In this document: positions 33,262 through 40,530 of the stretch, one piece after another
How positions within the stretch are numbered: position 1 is the stretch's first letter
How the letters are laid out: each line of letters opens with the position of its first letter
Virus record (IMG/VR): IMGVR_UViG_3300002460_000010
Coordinates: 1 to 42,488 of that record
Length of the DNA: 42,488 nt
Strand: one strand, 5' to 3'
Source of the DNA: a virus
Made by a program: the position numbers and the translations under genes
The notes under the pieces: generated by a model
Told to the model about the DNA's origin: nothing
Seen by the model: the letters and a program-made list of their open reading frames with translations, nothing else
The model's database searches: none

Positions 33262-34812
33262 TTAAAATGGTTTGTTATTATCTATATTACTCTTATCCAT
33301 ATCGGTGTCAATATCTTTATCTACGGAGTTATCCACAGGAACTTCAACTTCAGCCCGGATGTTGTATTTTTCTAATAAACGAGGCAGAAGATCAGCTAAG
33401 GACCCTAATTTTATATAACTCTTATTCTGATAGCGTTCCACTTCAAAACCTAAATCCATTAAATCTCTTTTTATTCGTTTAGGGTTCCAAGTCTTCTTAA
33501 AATCAAAATCAGACATATCGCTACCAAAAGAACTTTTAGCCTCGTTTATTATTTCAGTAAGACTTATTCTGGCTGCCGGAGAACCTAGCAAGTTGTTTTC
33601 TCTAACTGCTTCGGTTAAGTTAAAGATGAGACGTATAATCTGAATGCGTTGCTCATCACTAGCTGAATCAATAGCAACTTTCTCTTGTTTACGCATATAA
33701 TCAATCATTACAACTCTATCTTCCAAATTACCCATTTTTAAAAGAGGCATAATCGTATCATTAAAACGAGCAATCATACCAGGAACAATTAAAATACGGT
33801 CCTCTAAAAAGATATTCTGCCAACGCCATTTAAGCAATAAATTAACAATTACTTGAAACTCCAAACGTCTTTCGTTGTGCCACCAACTCTCATCATTCCT
33901 TCTCATAACATCTTGGAGATCCTTATCTCTTGGAGTGAGCTTAAAAGGAATAACGCGGGAAGCGAGGGCATCATCGCGAATCATATTACGCTTAACTAAT
34001 ATCTTAGGTTGGTCTACTCTAAAAGATGATGGCTTAAACTTCTTACCCTCTTGTTCCGCTACAATGTAGTGGCCGCCTTCACGATAACCATTACGAAGGA
34101 TTGTATTCATTTTCTCTGAATCTTGCCGGTAATCTATCTTATCAAGCTCATCTAACATAACCGTAGAGCCGGTCATCTCTAATATACGGGCCAAAGAAGG
34201 AGCGGAGATGTCATCAGTTATAAGTCCATTCTGGCAAAGCTGAGTGATAAACTTACCCCACTCGGTCTTACCAGTCCCATAGTCCCCGAAGATTAACAGA
34301 TAAGGACGGCGGTAGAAGCGCTCATAAACCCAAGTAAATTTAATGTAGTTGCGGGCTATAACGAAGTAGTCGTCAGGGTGAGCATGCCACGCCTTTAAGA
34401 ACTCAGTTATCTTTTGATCTATTATATCTGTTGGCACGAGGTCTTCAATTATGGTATCGGGGAAGATAATATCATCGTAGAAACCACGATAGAATTGATC
34501 AATTATCGGAGGAACCTTAATTAAAAGTCCGTCTATTGTTTTAAACTCTTTACATAGTTCATAACTCTCTCCATTCCATTTAACAAAGGTAGGGGTCTTA
34601 GCTCCGGTCTTAGGGTCAACCGAAACCATAGTATTAACACAGATTTTATTTTTTAAATCAACGTAATTAAAGCGATAGACAAAATCATCTTTGTCTTGTT
34701 TCTCTTTTAATTTCTTTTCAACTTTCTTTTCTAAAGAAGTTAAACCAAGAGCTTGGTCAACCTCCTCGCTTGTTTCAGAATCTATTAAAGAGTTTAATTC
34801 GTAATCATTCAT
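33262..34812 (-). CDS. P-loop NTPase, putative replicative (SF3/primase-associated type) helicase
   Basis: 'LLIFGDYGTGKT' Walker A and 'VMLDELD' Walker B. At 516 aa it is the largest early ORF. Confidence 0.45.
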   Translation of the reverse strand: MNDYELNSLIDSETSEEVDQALGLTSLEKKVEKKLKEKQDKDDFVYRFNYVDLKNKICVNTMVSVDPKTGAKTPTFVKWNGESYELCKEFKTIDGLLIKVPPIIDQFYRGFYDDIIFPDTIIEDLVPTDIIDQKITEFLKAWHAHPDDYFVIARNYIKFTWVYERFYRRPYLLIFGDYGTGKTEWGKFITQLCQNGLITDDISAPSLARILEMTGSTVMLDELDKIDYRQDSEKMNTILRNGYREGGHYIVAEQEGKKFKPSSFRVDQPKILVKRNMIRDDALASRVIPFKLTPRDKDLQDVMRRNDESWWHNERRLEFQVIVNLLLKWRWQNIFLEDRILIVPGMIARFNDTIMPLLKMGNLEDRVVMIDYMRKQEKVAIDSASDEQRIQIIRLIFNLTEAVRENNLLGSPAARISLTEIINEAKSSFGSDMSDFDFKKTWNPKRIKRDLMDLGFEVERYQNKSYIKLGSLADLLPRLLEKYNIRAEVEVPVDNSVDKDIDTDMDKSNIDNNKPF

Positions 34813-34987
34813 ATAATTCCAATAAATCTAAATACTCCCGCTCAAATTGTTTATACTCTTTTTTGTTTTCTTCTATGTGTTTCTTTGATTGATTAATTAA
34901 ATCTAAATGAGTTTTAATAAAGAGCCGCCGTAAATCCATCTTAGCTTTAAGAATATTCCTCCGAGATAATAATTCTTTTTTATCCAT
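34805..34987 (-). CDS. hypothetical coiled-coil protein
   Basis: 60-aa Lys/Glu/Leu-rich ORF that overlaps the helicase start by 8 nt. Confidence 0.45.
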   Translation of the reverse strand: MDKKELLSRRNILKAKMDLRRLFIKTHLDLINQSKKHIEENKKEYKQFEREYLDLLELYE

Positions 34988-35003
34988 ATACTAATAAAGA
35001 AAA

Positions 35004-35045
35004 GAGCTTTCGGGGAACGCTATTGCGAGTATTCCCCAAAAGCTC
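35004..35045 (-). terminator. 14-bp (1 mismatch) hairpin followed on the - strand by TTTTCTTTATT; terminator/attenuator
   Basis: gagctttcggggaa pairs with ttccccaaaagctc. The loop 9-mer gctattgcg (35019..35027) is complementary to cgcaatagc (35055..35063). Confidence 0.55.
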
Positions 35046-35179
35046 ATCTCTTCACGCAATAGCTAACTAATTAATTATAACACCAACACCAAAAGGACCC
35101 CCTGTGCATAACTTTATTATTATGCGACTAAGCAATTAAGGGGAAAAGACCCTCAATATATCCAACTCCAAAACCAAAA

Positions 35180-35196
35180 CCCCGAATACTCCGGGG
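35180..35196. terminator. short bidirectional terminator-like hairpin
   Basis: aaaaCCCCGaatactcCGGGGcttttg, with A/T runs on both sides. Confidence 0.45.
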
Positions 35197-35397
35197 CTTT
35201 TGAGAAAATTCAGGGCGGGGAAATATATGGAAATTGATTTTCCCCTGGTCTGTAATTTTTCTGGGATTATATTTTAATAATCTGATTCTATTTTATCTAT
35301 CCGGCCTGGCTTGGACAATTAAAATGAATTAAAATGTTATCCGCCTTGCCGGACAGGTAAGAGAGAACCAACAGGCCGGCGCAGTTTTTAGGTAAAC

Positions 35398-35437
35398 AAA
35401 AAAGCGCCTTAGATCAATGCGGGTTGATCATGTGCGC
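35398..35437 (-). terminator. rho-independent terminator of the 36.5-35.45 kb early operon
   Basis: On the - strand GCGC-acat-GATCAA-cccgca-TTGATC-taag-GCGC is followed by TTTTTTGTTT, about 15 nt after the stop of 35453..35845. Confidence 0.6.
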
Positions 35438-35452
35438 CTTTTCGCTTTTTGG

Positions 35453-35845
35453 CTATTCTCTGCCTTCAGTAGTAAACATTTTGTCTACCGCTTCATTCAG
35501 TTTATCGCCTTTTTGCCTTTTGGCTTTTGTGTCATCTATGCCGTGATAACTTATATTGTGTTTTCCATTAAGATTACAATAGCATAACTCATCTGTTGAT
35601 TCTTCCATCCATTCTCCCTCCGAACATGCTTGAGTGTTATCTTCCGGAGGATATGCTATCAAGGTTTTAGCTGTTCTATCATCACCCATTAAGAACATTT
35701 TAGCTTGTATACCGTCATCTTGTGCGAGTTCTACATCTATACAGATAAGAGGCAGTTTATCTTCTCCACATATCTCTATATTGAGGTATTTGCCGCCCTG
35801 GCCTTTTGTAGCTCGCTCGCTTGTTATTGTGGCGTATAGTTTCAA
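35453..35845 (-). CDS. hypothetical protein
   Basis: 130-aa ORF with an ATGA-type overlap with the upstream ORF. Confidence 0.55.
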   Translation of the reverse strand: MKLYATITSERATKGQGGKYLNIEICGEDKLPLICIDVELAQDDGIQAKMFLMGDDRTAKTLIAYPPEDNTQACSEGEWMEESTDELCYCNLNGKHNISYHGIDDTKAKRQKGDKLNEAVDKMFTTEGRE

Positions 35846-36051
35846 AATGGTAACGCTTCTTTTTGTTTTGGGAATTTAACATAAACCATTGATTTATGAT
35901 CTATAACCTCGCAATTAAGGAAAGCGGAATAATAAGCAAAATTATCTTTTTCTAGCTGAATCCAGCCGATAGATTTACCTTCAACAATCAAGGCGATTGC
36001 CAAGTGGTTTTTATATCTTTTGGTTTTTGCTTGTAATTTAGTCATTTTCAA
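35842..36051 (-). CDS. hypothetical protein
   Basis: 69-aa ORF in the early operon. Confidence 0.5.
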   Translation of the reverse strand: MKMTKLQAKTKRYKNHLAIALIVEGKSIGWIQLEKDNFAYYSAFLNCEVIDHKSMVYVKFPKQKEALPF

Positions 36052-36583
36052 TTAAAGATACTGCCTTTTTAAGCAATTCCTCGCGGCCTTGCTCTAATTG
36101 AAAAGCATTCTCCATTACACTATACGCGCCGATATCTTGAGAGGGGGCTTGTTCCATGTGATAGCGATCCCATAATCCCATTAAAAGAGTAAACAAGTTC
36201 TTATCTATAAAATAATGCTTTAACTCTTTTTCCTGGTGCTGACCGGCTGAGCCGGATTCAAAGATATAACTCTTGCCGTCAACAATTATCTCGTCAGACA
36301 TGAGCGAATTGTCAATCATGTTTATTTCTCCATCAGTATCTATTACATAATCAATCCACTCATTAAGGCCGAGTTCAGTCTGTTTTGCTTGTACAGCTTC
36401 ACGCCATAGATAACCGCCGTCATCTTCTAGTCTTTCACGGCTTTGAGTAACAGCGTCACCATAGGTTAATGGCCTATTAGTCTCGCCGGACATGGTAAGT
36501 CTTCCCTCGTTTAGTTTTAGATTAATCGTGTATATCTCATTATCTTGAGTTATACCGGCGATAATCTCTTTTTCTTTATTCAA
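36038..36583 (-). CDS. hypothetical early protein
   Basis: 181-aa ORF with a TTG start at 36583; GGAGG lies 14 nt upstream, so the start is uncertain. Confidence 0.5.
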   Translation of the reverse strand: MNKEKEIIAGITQDNEIYTINLKLNEGRLTMSGETNRPLTYGDAVTQSRERLEDDGGYLWREAVQAKQTELGLNEWIDYVIDTDGEINMIDNSLMSDEIIVDGKSYIFESGSAGQHQEKELKHYFIDKNLFTLLMGLWDRYHMEQAPSQDIGAYSVMENAFQLEQGREELLKKAVSLIEND

Positions 36584-36665
36584 TTAATTTTTAAAGACCT
36601 CCCGCACGATCTTATTATGGTGCTTATTAACACCCGAATTGGCCCATAAAGGCCAATACCGGCTA

Positions 36666-36800
36666 TTAGTTAGCAAAAGACGATAATATCAACGCTAGAA
36701 CAAAAACCACGCCAACAAGCCAGATATATACACGATTCCGGCGCGTATATTGCTCTATTTGGTAGTTCTCTAGCTCTTTTTGTTTATGTTTGTATATCAT
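36666..36800 (-). CDS. unlisted 44-aa tail-anchored membrane ORF, apparently leaderless
   Basis: MIYKHKQKELENYQIEQYTRRNRVYIWLVGVVFVLALILSSFAN. The ATG lies 6 nt after a TATACT -10 box and there is no SD. Confidence 0.4.
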   Translation of the reverse strand: MIYKHKQKELENYQIEQYTRRNRVYIWLVGVVFVLALILSSFAN

Positions 36801-36806
36801 AATTAG

Positions 36807-36835
36807 AGTATACTCCGATGATGTTTAGGTGTCAA
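36807..36835 (-). promoter_or_regulatory. sigma70-type early promoter (leftward)
   Basis: The - strand reads TTGACA-17 nt-TATACT-ctaatt-ATG. Confidence 0.6.
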
Positions 36836-36890
36836 TAGAGTATGCTTGTGGATAACCAAAACCAACGCCACGAAATGCTAAAAAAACGCA

Positions 36891-36926
36891 CGTTAACGGA
36901 CGTTAACGGACGTTAACACGTTAACG
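36891..36926. repeat. iteron/operator cluster 1: CGTTAACGGA x2, CGTTAACA, CGTTAACG (10, 10, 8-bp spacing)
   Basis: Four GTTAAC cores. CGTTAACG is an 8-bp palindrome. Confidence 0.9.
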
Positions 36927-36963
36927 AACTTAGTCCACAAAATACCGCTTTTTACCCCCTTTC

Positions 36964-36979
36964 CGTTAACATGTTAACG
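36964..36979. repeat. 16-bp perfect palindrome CGTTAACATGTTAACG (two more GTTAAC cores)
   Basis: The reverse complement equals the sequence itself. Confidence 0.9.
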
Positions 36980-37033
36980 TTATTAAGGTATATGATATTG
37001 TATATAAAAGATTTTATATATATATATGTTTTC
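36980..37033. other. AT-rich core with a (TA)6 run (37015..37027); candidate DNA-unwinding element
   Basis: tattaaggtatatgatattgtatataaaagattttatatatatatatgttttc lies between the two GTTAAC clusters. Confidence 0.4.
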
Positions 37034-37078
37034 TCTCCTGGGAGCTTTATAAATTGACAGGCAATAGTGATTTGTCAG

Positions 37079-37104
37079 GTTAACGGACGTTAACGGATGT
37101 TAAC
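37079..37104. repeat. iteron/operator cluster 2: GTTAACGGAC, GTTAACGGAT, GTTAAC (10-bp phasing)
   Basis: Read from sequence. Degenerate CGTTAAT x2 at 37141..37155 and ACGTTAGG at about 37115. Confidence 0.9.
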
Positions 37105-37440
37105 AGAAAATATGACGTTAGGCCGCATTTTACGGAATTACGTTAATACGTTAATAAATACTCCATAACCATGGCCATAACTAGCCAAAAGAACTCCCCA
37201 TTATTGTAAAAACATAGATAAATACTGGGTTACTTGATGTCATGTCGCATAATACATATTGTCGGACGTATCAAAAGTGTAATGAATACCTGGTATACCT
37301 CGCCTAGAGCGTTATATCGCGACGCGTGAAGTCGTATAAATTTATGCCGGTATGGTGTCCCCCCCACCCGTTTCCGTAGCGATTTGTGCGTTTACCTATT
37401 ATACGCAAGAATTACGTTTTTCACTTTTGAAAAAAAAGGG

Positions 37441-37487
37441 GGGGGTATATGCTCCTCCGGGGTGTAATTATTTATAGGGAGCCTATC
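37441..37487 (+). repeat. imperfect direct repeat A (partner 37839..37884) upstream of the LAGLIDADG cassette
   Basis: GGGGGTATATGCTCC…TTATTTATAGGGAGCCTATC versus GGGGGTATGCTCC…TTATTCATATGGAGCCTATC, roughly three-quarters identical by hand alignment. Confidence 0.7.
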
Positions 37488-37494
37488 CATAGAT

Positions 37495-37524
37495 TTGACA
37501 GTGTTGTGCGACAAGTGGTAGAAT
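37495..37524 (+). promoter_or_regulatory. sigma70-type promoter with extended -10 (rightward), leaderless geometry
   Basis: TTGACA-18 nt-(TGG)TAGAAT-ctaatt-ATG(37531). The post -10 string CTAATTATG is the same as in the leftward promoter. Confidence 0.6.
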
Positions 37525-37530
37525 CTAATT

Positions 37531-37839
37531 ATGGACATAAAACTTGCTTATTTAGCCGGTATCATAGACGGGGAGGGGCATATTAAGAATTACACCTGTG
37601 TTAATGGTCGTGGCGAGAAGCATATATATCCCAGGGTTATAGTTACACAAAAAGACGAACGTCTCATAATTTGGCTAAAGGATAATTATGGTGGATGTAA
37701 GACTTCAAGTGTAGATAAGAGAAACGGTCATACATATTGGCGTTGGCAACTTCAGGGTAAGAAGGTTCTCGAACTGGCCCGACAGATGTACCCTATGCTT
37801 AATGTTAAAAAGGAACAGGTAGATAAACTTATCCCCTAG
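37531..37839 (+). CDS. LAGLIDADG homing endonuclease (single-motif, 102 aa)
   Basis: 'LAYLAGIIDGEGH' near the N-terminus. No SD; the ATG lies 6 nt after the -10. Confidence 0.75.
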   Translation: MDIKLAYLAGIIDGEGHIKNYTCVNGRGEKHIYPRVIVTQKDERLIIWLKDNYGGCKTSSVDKRNGHTYWRWQLQGKKVLELARQMYPMLNVKKEQVDKLIP

Positions 37840-37884
37840 GGGGTATGCTCCCTATATGGTATACTTATTCATATGGAGCCTATC
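37839..37884 (+). repeat. imperfect direct repeat B (partner 37441..37487); contains the real start of 37873..38112
   Basis: See repeat A. Copy B reads cATATGGAGCCTATC (ATG intact); copy A reads tATAGGGAGCCTATC (ATG changed to AGG). Confidence 0.7.
37857..37865 (+). promoter_or_regulatory. extended -10 promoter candidate (TGGTATACT) 7 nt before ATG 37873
   Basis: tggtatact-tattcat-ATG. No SD and no good -35. Confidence 0.35.
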
Positions 37885-38112
37885 TCTATTTTTCTGGGAG
37901 CCTCATTCCTATTTCTAGTAGCTTTCGCTTTAGGTTTAGCTTTTGGCTATCAAATAGGGTATGCCACTTTCCATTATGAGAATTTAAAAAATCTCATCTC
38001 CAATTTTAAAAAAAATACAATTTCAAATTTTACTCCTCGTCAGAAAGTTGTTATACTTAATAGTAAAGATTCGTATTTACCGGACCCAGATGAAGAGGAG
38101 GAACCTAAATGA
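37873..38112 (+). CDS. small membrane protein
   Basis: 79 aa with N-terminal TM 'ISIFLGASFLFLVAFALGLAFGY' and an acidic C-terminus. Confidence 0.55.
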   Translation: MEPISIFLGASFLFLVAFALGLAFGYQIGYATFHYENLKNLISNFKKNTISNFTPRQKVVILNSKDSYLPDPDEEEEPK

Positions 38113-38321
38113 TAAATAAAAAAACAGTTGATGAAGTTGTGCAACTGATTGATGCGGCTCATGAGGTTGAAAACATAAAACAACTTTCCGCTACGTCAAG
38201 TAACGATGGTGTTCGTTTAGCTGCTGCGACTAAATTGCTTGAAATCACCGGTGTTATTAGTAAGGAACCTAAGAAAACAAGCGTGTCCGGCTCTAATATT
38301 CAGCTTGTGATAGAAGAGTAG
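38109..38321 (+). CDS. small protein, possibly a minimal terminase small-subunit-like factor
   Basis: 70 aa, directly upstream of TerL. 'DGVRLAAATKLLEITGV' resembles the C-terminal helix motif of some small terminases (recollection, weak). Confidence 0.25.
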   Translation: MINKKTVDEVVQLIDAAHEVENIKQLSATSSNDGVRLAAATKLLEITGVISKEPKKTSVSGSNIQLVIEE

Positions 38322-38416
38322 AACCTTAACCCTCAATCGCAAGATTGAGTTTTTGGCTTTACTCCTAATCGTGCCTCAGCTCAGCGACCAGTGAGGCGTG
38401 ATTGGGGGCTAAGGTT
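38322..38416 (+). promoter_or_regulatory. three-helix structured RNA filling the gap before the large terminase gene
   Basis: P1: 38322..38331 pairs with 38407..38416 (9/10). P2: ctcaatc-gcaa-gattgag. P3: 38364..38378 pairs with 38392..38406, 15 bp including 3 G-U pairs, so it is + strand specific. Confidence 0.5.
38332..38354 (+). terminator. rho-independent terminator (7-bp stem, GCAA tetraloop, TTTTT)
   Basis: ctcaatcGCAAgattgagttttt, 11 nt after the stop of 38109..38321. Confidence 0.6.
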
Positions 38417-38424
38417 TTACTTAA

Positions 38425-39912
38425 TTGTTCTCTATGGGAAATAACATCCCAACTAAAAAACTAAAGTTCCGCAATTTAGATACGGGAGAAATTCTGAAGG
38501 AGTTTGATTTATCTTTAAAGCAGCATCAGTTTGTAAAGGACGAAGGCCATCGCTACGCTCTTTATAGCGGTGGTTTTGGTGCTGGTAAAACTTTAGCTTT
38601 AGAATTAAAGATTCTCTACTTAGCATTAAAATATCCCAAGAACACTATATTAGTAGGTCGTCAACATTATCAAGATCTAAGAGATACTGTCCAAAAAGAG
38701 TTTTTTGAGCTTTGTCCCGAGGAATACATAGCTAACTTTATCAAGTCGGAACGTAAAGCCGTCCTCACTAATGGTTCTGAAATCCTCTTCCGTCACTTAG
38801 ATAAAGTATCGGAAAAAGAAATCCGCTCTCTTAACTTAGGAGCGTTTGCTATTGATCAGATGGAAGACGTGGCAGAGCCGGTCTATCTTGCCCTTAAAGG
38901 TAGATTAAGAAAAGCCGGGACATCCCAGCAGGGTTTTGGCACATCTAACCCCGCTCCTAGTTGGATATTCAGGGAATTTAAACAGCAATCTAAACCTGAA
39001 AATCTCCTCTTGGAAACCTCTACACTGGAAAACCCGCACCTCAGCCAGGCCTATATAGATGACTTAATGAAATATCCCGATTACTGGAAAAAGCAGTTTG
39101 TTTTCGGGGAATGGGACACGGCGATTATGGGCGACCGTAACGTCTATCACTTGGATATAACTAGGGAATTGGAGAAGAATATAATATTACCCGAGAAAGC
39201 TACGATACTTGATGACATCAGAATTTACAAAACTAAATTTGACAATGATGATTTCTTGCAGATGGGTGTGGATATCTCGGAAGGAGTCGGGGGCGATGCG
39301 TCCGTCATCTCTGTTGTTAATTGTAAGGATGGAGAAGAGATAGCATTTTGGCAAGGCCAGCTCCCTCCTGATATTTTAGTAGAGAAAGCCCTCCGGGTAA
39401 TTGAATACTTAAACGCGAGAACCAAAAGGCCGATGCTTATTGTGCCTGAGATTAACGGTCTTGGCATAGCGTTCTTAACCCATATAAAAAAATCTTATAA
39501 TCAGATATATAAACGTGAAGTATTCTTAAAGCAAAGCAAGGAAAGAAAGGAAGTGTTAGGATGGAAAACCAGTGTCAGCACTAAACCGTTGCTTATTAAT
39601 AATCATGTAGACCTGCTCCGAAACCAACACCTCACGGTCCATACTCCGGAAATTATTGAGCAAATGAAGACGTTTGTTTATACGGATGATGCTAAGAAGA
39701 GCGGCATGGGGGCGGACCCTGGCTTTCACGATGATGCGGTTATCGGTCACGCTCTGGCCTGCTTTTTTCAGCCGGCGATTAAAATGCAATTAATTTCATC
39801 GGTAAAAAATATTAATAAAAGTGGTCTGGTCAGAGAGGCTTACAACCCTTTGGGGGAATCCATTAAGGATTTATTTGCGAAGCCTGAATCTGACTGGATG
39901 ACTAATTCATAG
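38425..39912 (+). CDS. terL: terminase large subunit
   Basis: 'LYSGGFGAGKTLAL' Walker A, 'FAIDQMED' Walker B-like, and a C-terminal nuclease-type 'MGVDISEGVGGDAS'. The track start is TTG 38425; ATG 38434 is the alternative. Confidence 0.8.
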   Translation: MFSMGNNIPTKKLKFRNLDTGEILKEFDLSLKQHQFVKDEGHRYALYSGGFGAGKTLALELKILYLALKYPKNTILVGRQHYQDLRDTVQKEFFELCPEEYIANFIKSERKAVLTNGSEILFRHLDKVSEKEIRSLNLGAFAIDQMEDVAEPVYLALKGRLRKAGTSQQGFGTSNPAPSWIFREFKQQSKPENLLLETSTLENPHLSQAYIDDLMKYPDYWKKQFVFGEWDTAIMGDRNVYHLDITRELEKNIILPEKATILDDIRIYKTKFDNDDFLQMGVDISEGVGGDASVISVVNCKDGEEIAFWQGQLPPDILVEKALRVIEYLNARTKRPMLIVPEINGLGIAFLTHIKKSYNQIYKREVFLKQSKERKEVLGWKTSVSTKPLLINNHVDLLRNQHLTVHTPEIIEQMKTFVYTDDAKKSGMGADPGFHDDAVIGHALACFFQPAIKMQLISSVKNINKSGLVREAYNPLGESIKDLFAKPESDWMTNS

Positions 39913-40173
39913 ATGAATATACAACCGTTAAATGAGAATGTGTTGGTTCGGGTCCTTAAAGATGAAGAAGAAGGCGGCAGCGTAATCCTCCCCGATATGC
40001 ACGAGGCCCAGAAGTTTGGTGCAGGCGAGGTGTTAGCGGTAGAGGAAGATATGCCGATAAAGGTTGGCGATGTTGTTTTATTTGACACAGTTCTGTTAAT
40101 TCATGTTAAAATGAAAGGAGAAGATTTAAGGTTTATTAAATTTACTGATATACTTGGTTATGAGCAGCGATAA
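39913..40173 (+). CDS. groES: GroES/Cpn10-type co-chaperonin
   Basis: MNIQPLNENVLVRV…GGSVILPD…GAGEVLAV…VGDVVLFD parallels E. coli GroES MNIRPLHDRVIVKR…GGIVLTG…RGEVLAV…VGDIVIFN. The ATG directly abuts the TerL stop. Confidence 0.8.
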   Translation: MNIQPLNENVLVRVLKDEEEGGSVILPDMHEAQKFGAGEVLAVEEDMPIKVGDVVLFDTVLLIHVKMKGEDLRFIKFTDILGYEQR

Positions 40174-40519
40174 GGAAAAGGAAGAATATATTAAAGGGAT
40201 AGAGAAGAAGTATAAAGGCAGGCGCGGGTTTGGCTTCTTGTTCAAAAAAGCTCAGCGTGAAACTTACAAAGACGATATCCTCCAACCTTATCAGCCCAAA
40301 TTTAAACAACGCTGGTATAAAGCATGGAAAGACCGGCAGTTAATGTATGATGCGGTCGACCGTAAGGTAGCGAGAGATGAACAGGAAATTGAAAATATTT
40401 ATAGGCGGAATAAGATTAAAGGAAATGTGGTTACTTTAGAAAAAAAGATATTAAAGGATATACACCTTGAACACCCGACAATGATGTCGGAATCTGATAT
40501 AATTAAACATGATGGCTGA
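40160..40519 (+). CDS. hypothetical basic protein
   Basis: ATG 40160 (the track start is TTG 40154). Lys/Arg-rich, lying between GroES and portal. Confidence 0.5.
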   Translation: MSSDKEKEEYIKGIEKKYKGRRGFGFLFKKAQRETYKDDILQPYQPKFKQRWYKAWKDRQLMYDAVDRKVARDEQEIENIYRRNKIKGNVVTLEKKILKDIHLEHPTMMSESDIIKHDG

Positions 40520-40530
40520 GGAGGAATAAT

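Noticed and set aside
37054-37084. TTGACAGG…TTTGTCAGG near cluster 2 as a third promoter or inverted repeat.
   Set aside because: The two elements are direct, not inverted. No acceptable -10 hexamer lies at 16-18 nt spacing.
36891-37155. GTTAAC repeat array as a CRISPR array.
   Set aside because: Units are 8-10 bp and directly abutting with no unique spacers, the repeat is palindromic, and there are no cas genes.
37473-37481. TATAGGGAG, resembling the initiation region of a T7-type phage promoter.
   Set aside because: The closed genome has no single-subunit RNA polymerase gene. The string is explained as the decayed copy of cATATGGAGCC (the start of 37873..38112).
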